Positions 63,141 through 64,000 of a stretch of 64,000 nucleotides of DNA are shown here, piece after piece (positions within the stretch are counted from its first letter, which is position 1; each line of letters begins with the position of its first letter). The DNA comes from Podarcis erhardii (Eukaryota), in the NCBI GenBank assembly GCA_964252035.1, contig OZ176209.1; one strand, 5' to 3'. The notes beneath the pieces were generated by a model. The model was not told the origin of the DNA and did no database searches. It was given only the letters and a program-made list of their open reading frames with translations. The translations under genes and the position numbers were made by a program.

Positions 63141-63337
63141 CGATGGTTACATCAGAAGAACTGTGCGTTTCTAAGAAGCTGTTCAGATGATGCCATGTCT
63201 TCGGAATCCAGTCAATTATTTTGATGAGGTCATTATTGCGTGCGCTCCTCTCTATTTCTGTCTCAATCAGTTTCCTTCTCAGATACCTGGATAAGAACCC
63301 TTTGACAGGCTCCATGTGGTTGGCACACAGCACCCAC
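63141..63337 (-). CDS. NAV3: NAV3 coding exon, 4th from last (end of C-terminal AAA+ ATPase region)
   Basis: Acceptor tttgcctgcatag, donor G|gtgagg, 197 nt. Translates WVLCANHMEPVKGFLSRYLRRKLIETEIERSARNNDLIKIIDWIPKTWHHLNSFLETHSSSDVTI-G, recognised as the neuron navigator C-terminal region. Phase matches the next exon. Confidence 0.95.
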
Positions 63338-64000
63338 CTATGCAGGCAAAGAATCAGTTAGAGAACGTATTCACGTTACAGGAACTCTGGGCAATCCACT
63401 AAAATGGATAGATTGCTCCTCTTCACACACTGCATAATAAAGCTACAAACAATATTATTATTATCGGCCAATGTGATAGGCGCAAGCTTAACTGGCTAAA
63501 AAGAAAATGTGAAACAATTACGTGGAAGATTTGGGCTTCAGTCCTCTAGGAGAGAGACCTGACAGCATCCTCTGTGTTCAGAGATAGTGTATCTCTGACT
63601 ACCAGATGCTAGGAATTATCAACAGGGGATGGTGAGCCCTTCTTGAGCGTGCCTGTGGCACTTGGTTGGCCACTGTCTGTAAACAAGCTACTGAGCTAGA
63701 CAGTAGAACTGCCACAGGAGCATGATTCTTAAATTTCATCCTCATAACTCATAGATTCTCTTCAATATCAGGCCCTAAGCTCAGTGAGAATTTAATTAAT
63801 TCTCTGTCTGGTTATCTATGCACATATATTTTTTTCCAACCCTGCAAAGGTGACCTTTTTGGCATCAGTATCCCAAACTATTTGGACAGAGTGCACAGCA
63901 GTTTTGCCACCTTGGTGCCTTGTAAATGTGGTGAAAAGGCATGGTCTCCTTTCATATGTTACTAAACACCACTTGGCATTTAACTATCGTTTTATTTTAG

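Noticed and set aside
53954-63337. Assignment to NAV2 or NAV1
   Set aside because: LFLPCP, YSLVPYI, SKHIPQTD and the SCDS..SHH spacing fit NAV3 better. NAV2 has a longer SNSNSHH tail and NAV1 ends differently.

Overview
Vertebrate genomic DNA from a squamate reptile, probably a lacertid lizard (inferred from Sauria SINEs and the L2/L1/CR1/MITE families present). The right end carries the last four coding exons and the ~2.8 kb 3'UTR of NAV3 (neuron navigator 3) on the minus strand. All four exons have GT-AG boundaries and consistent reading phase. The remaining ~51 kb is repeat-rich sequence downstream of NAV3 with no identifiable gene, although a few exon-like plus-strand segments occur at 1-3.4 kb. 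The most notable elements are: (1) a decayed Ngaro-type tyrosine-recombinase retrotransposon (13.6-18.1 kb) with RT, RNase H, YR and an SGNH-hydrolase ORF, plus two ORF-less solo A-B derivatives, one 60 bp from the NAV3 terminal exon; (2) a TSD-flanked 2.4 kb non-autonomous half-L1-like element; (3) a three-layer nest in which an L2 sits inside an L1 inside a composite MITE that has captured an L2 tail. There is a 192-nt assembly gap. I found no convincing wholly new biological system. The best leads concern transposon architecture and possible TE effects on NAV3 3' processing. All family names and homologies come from recognising motifs by eye; no database search was run.
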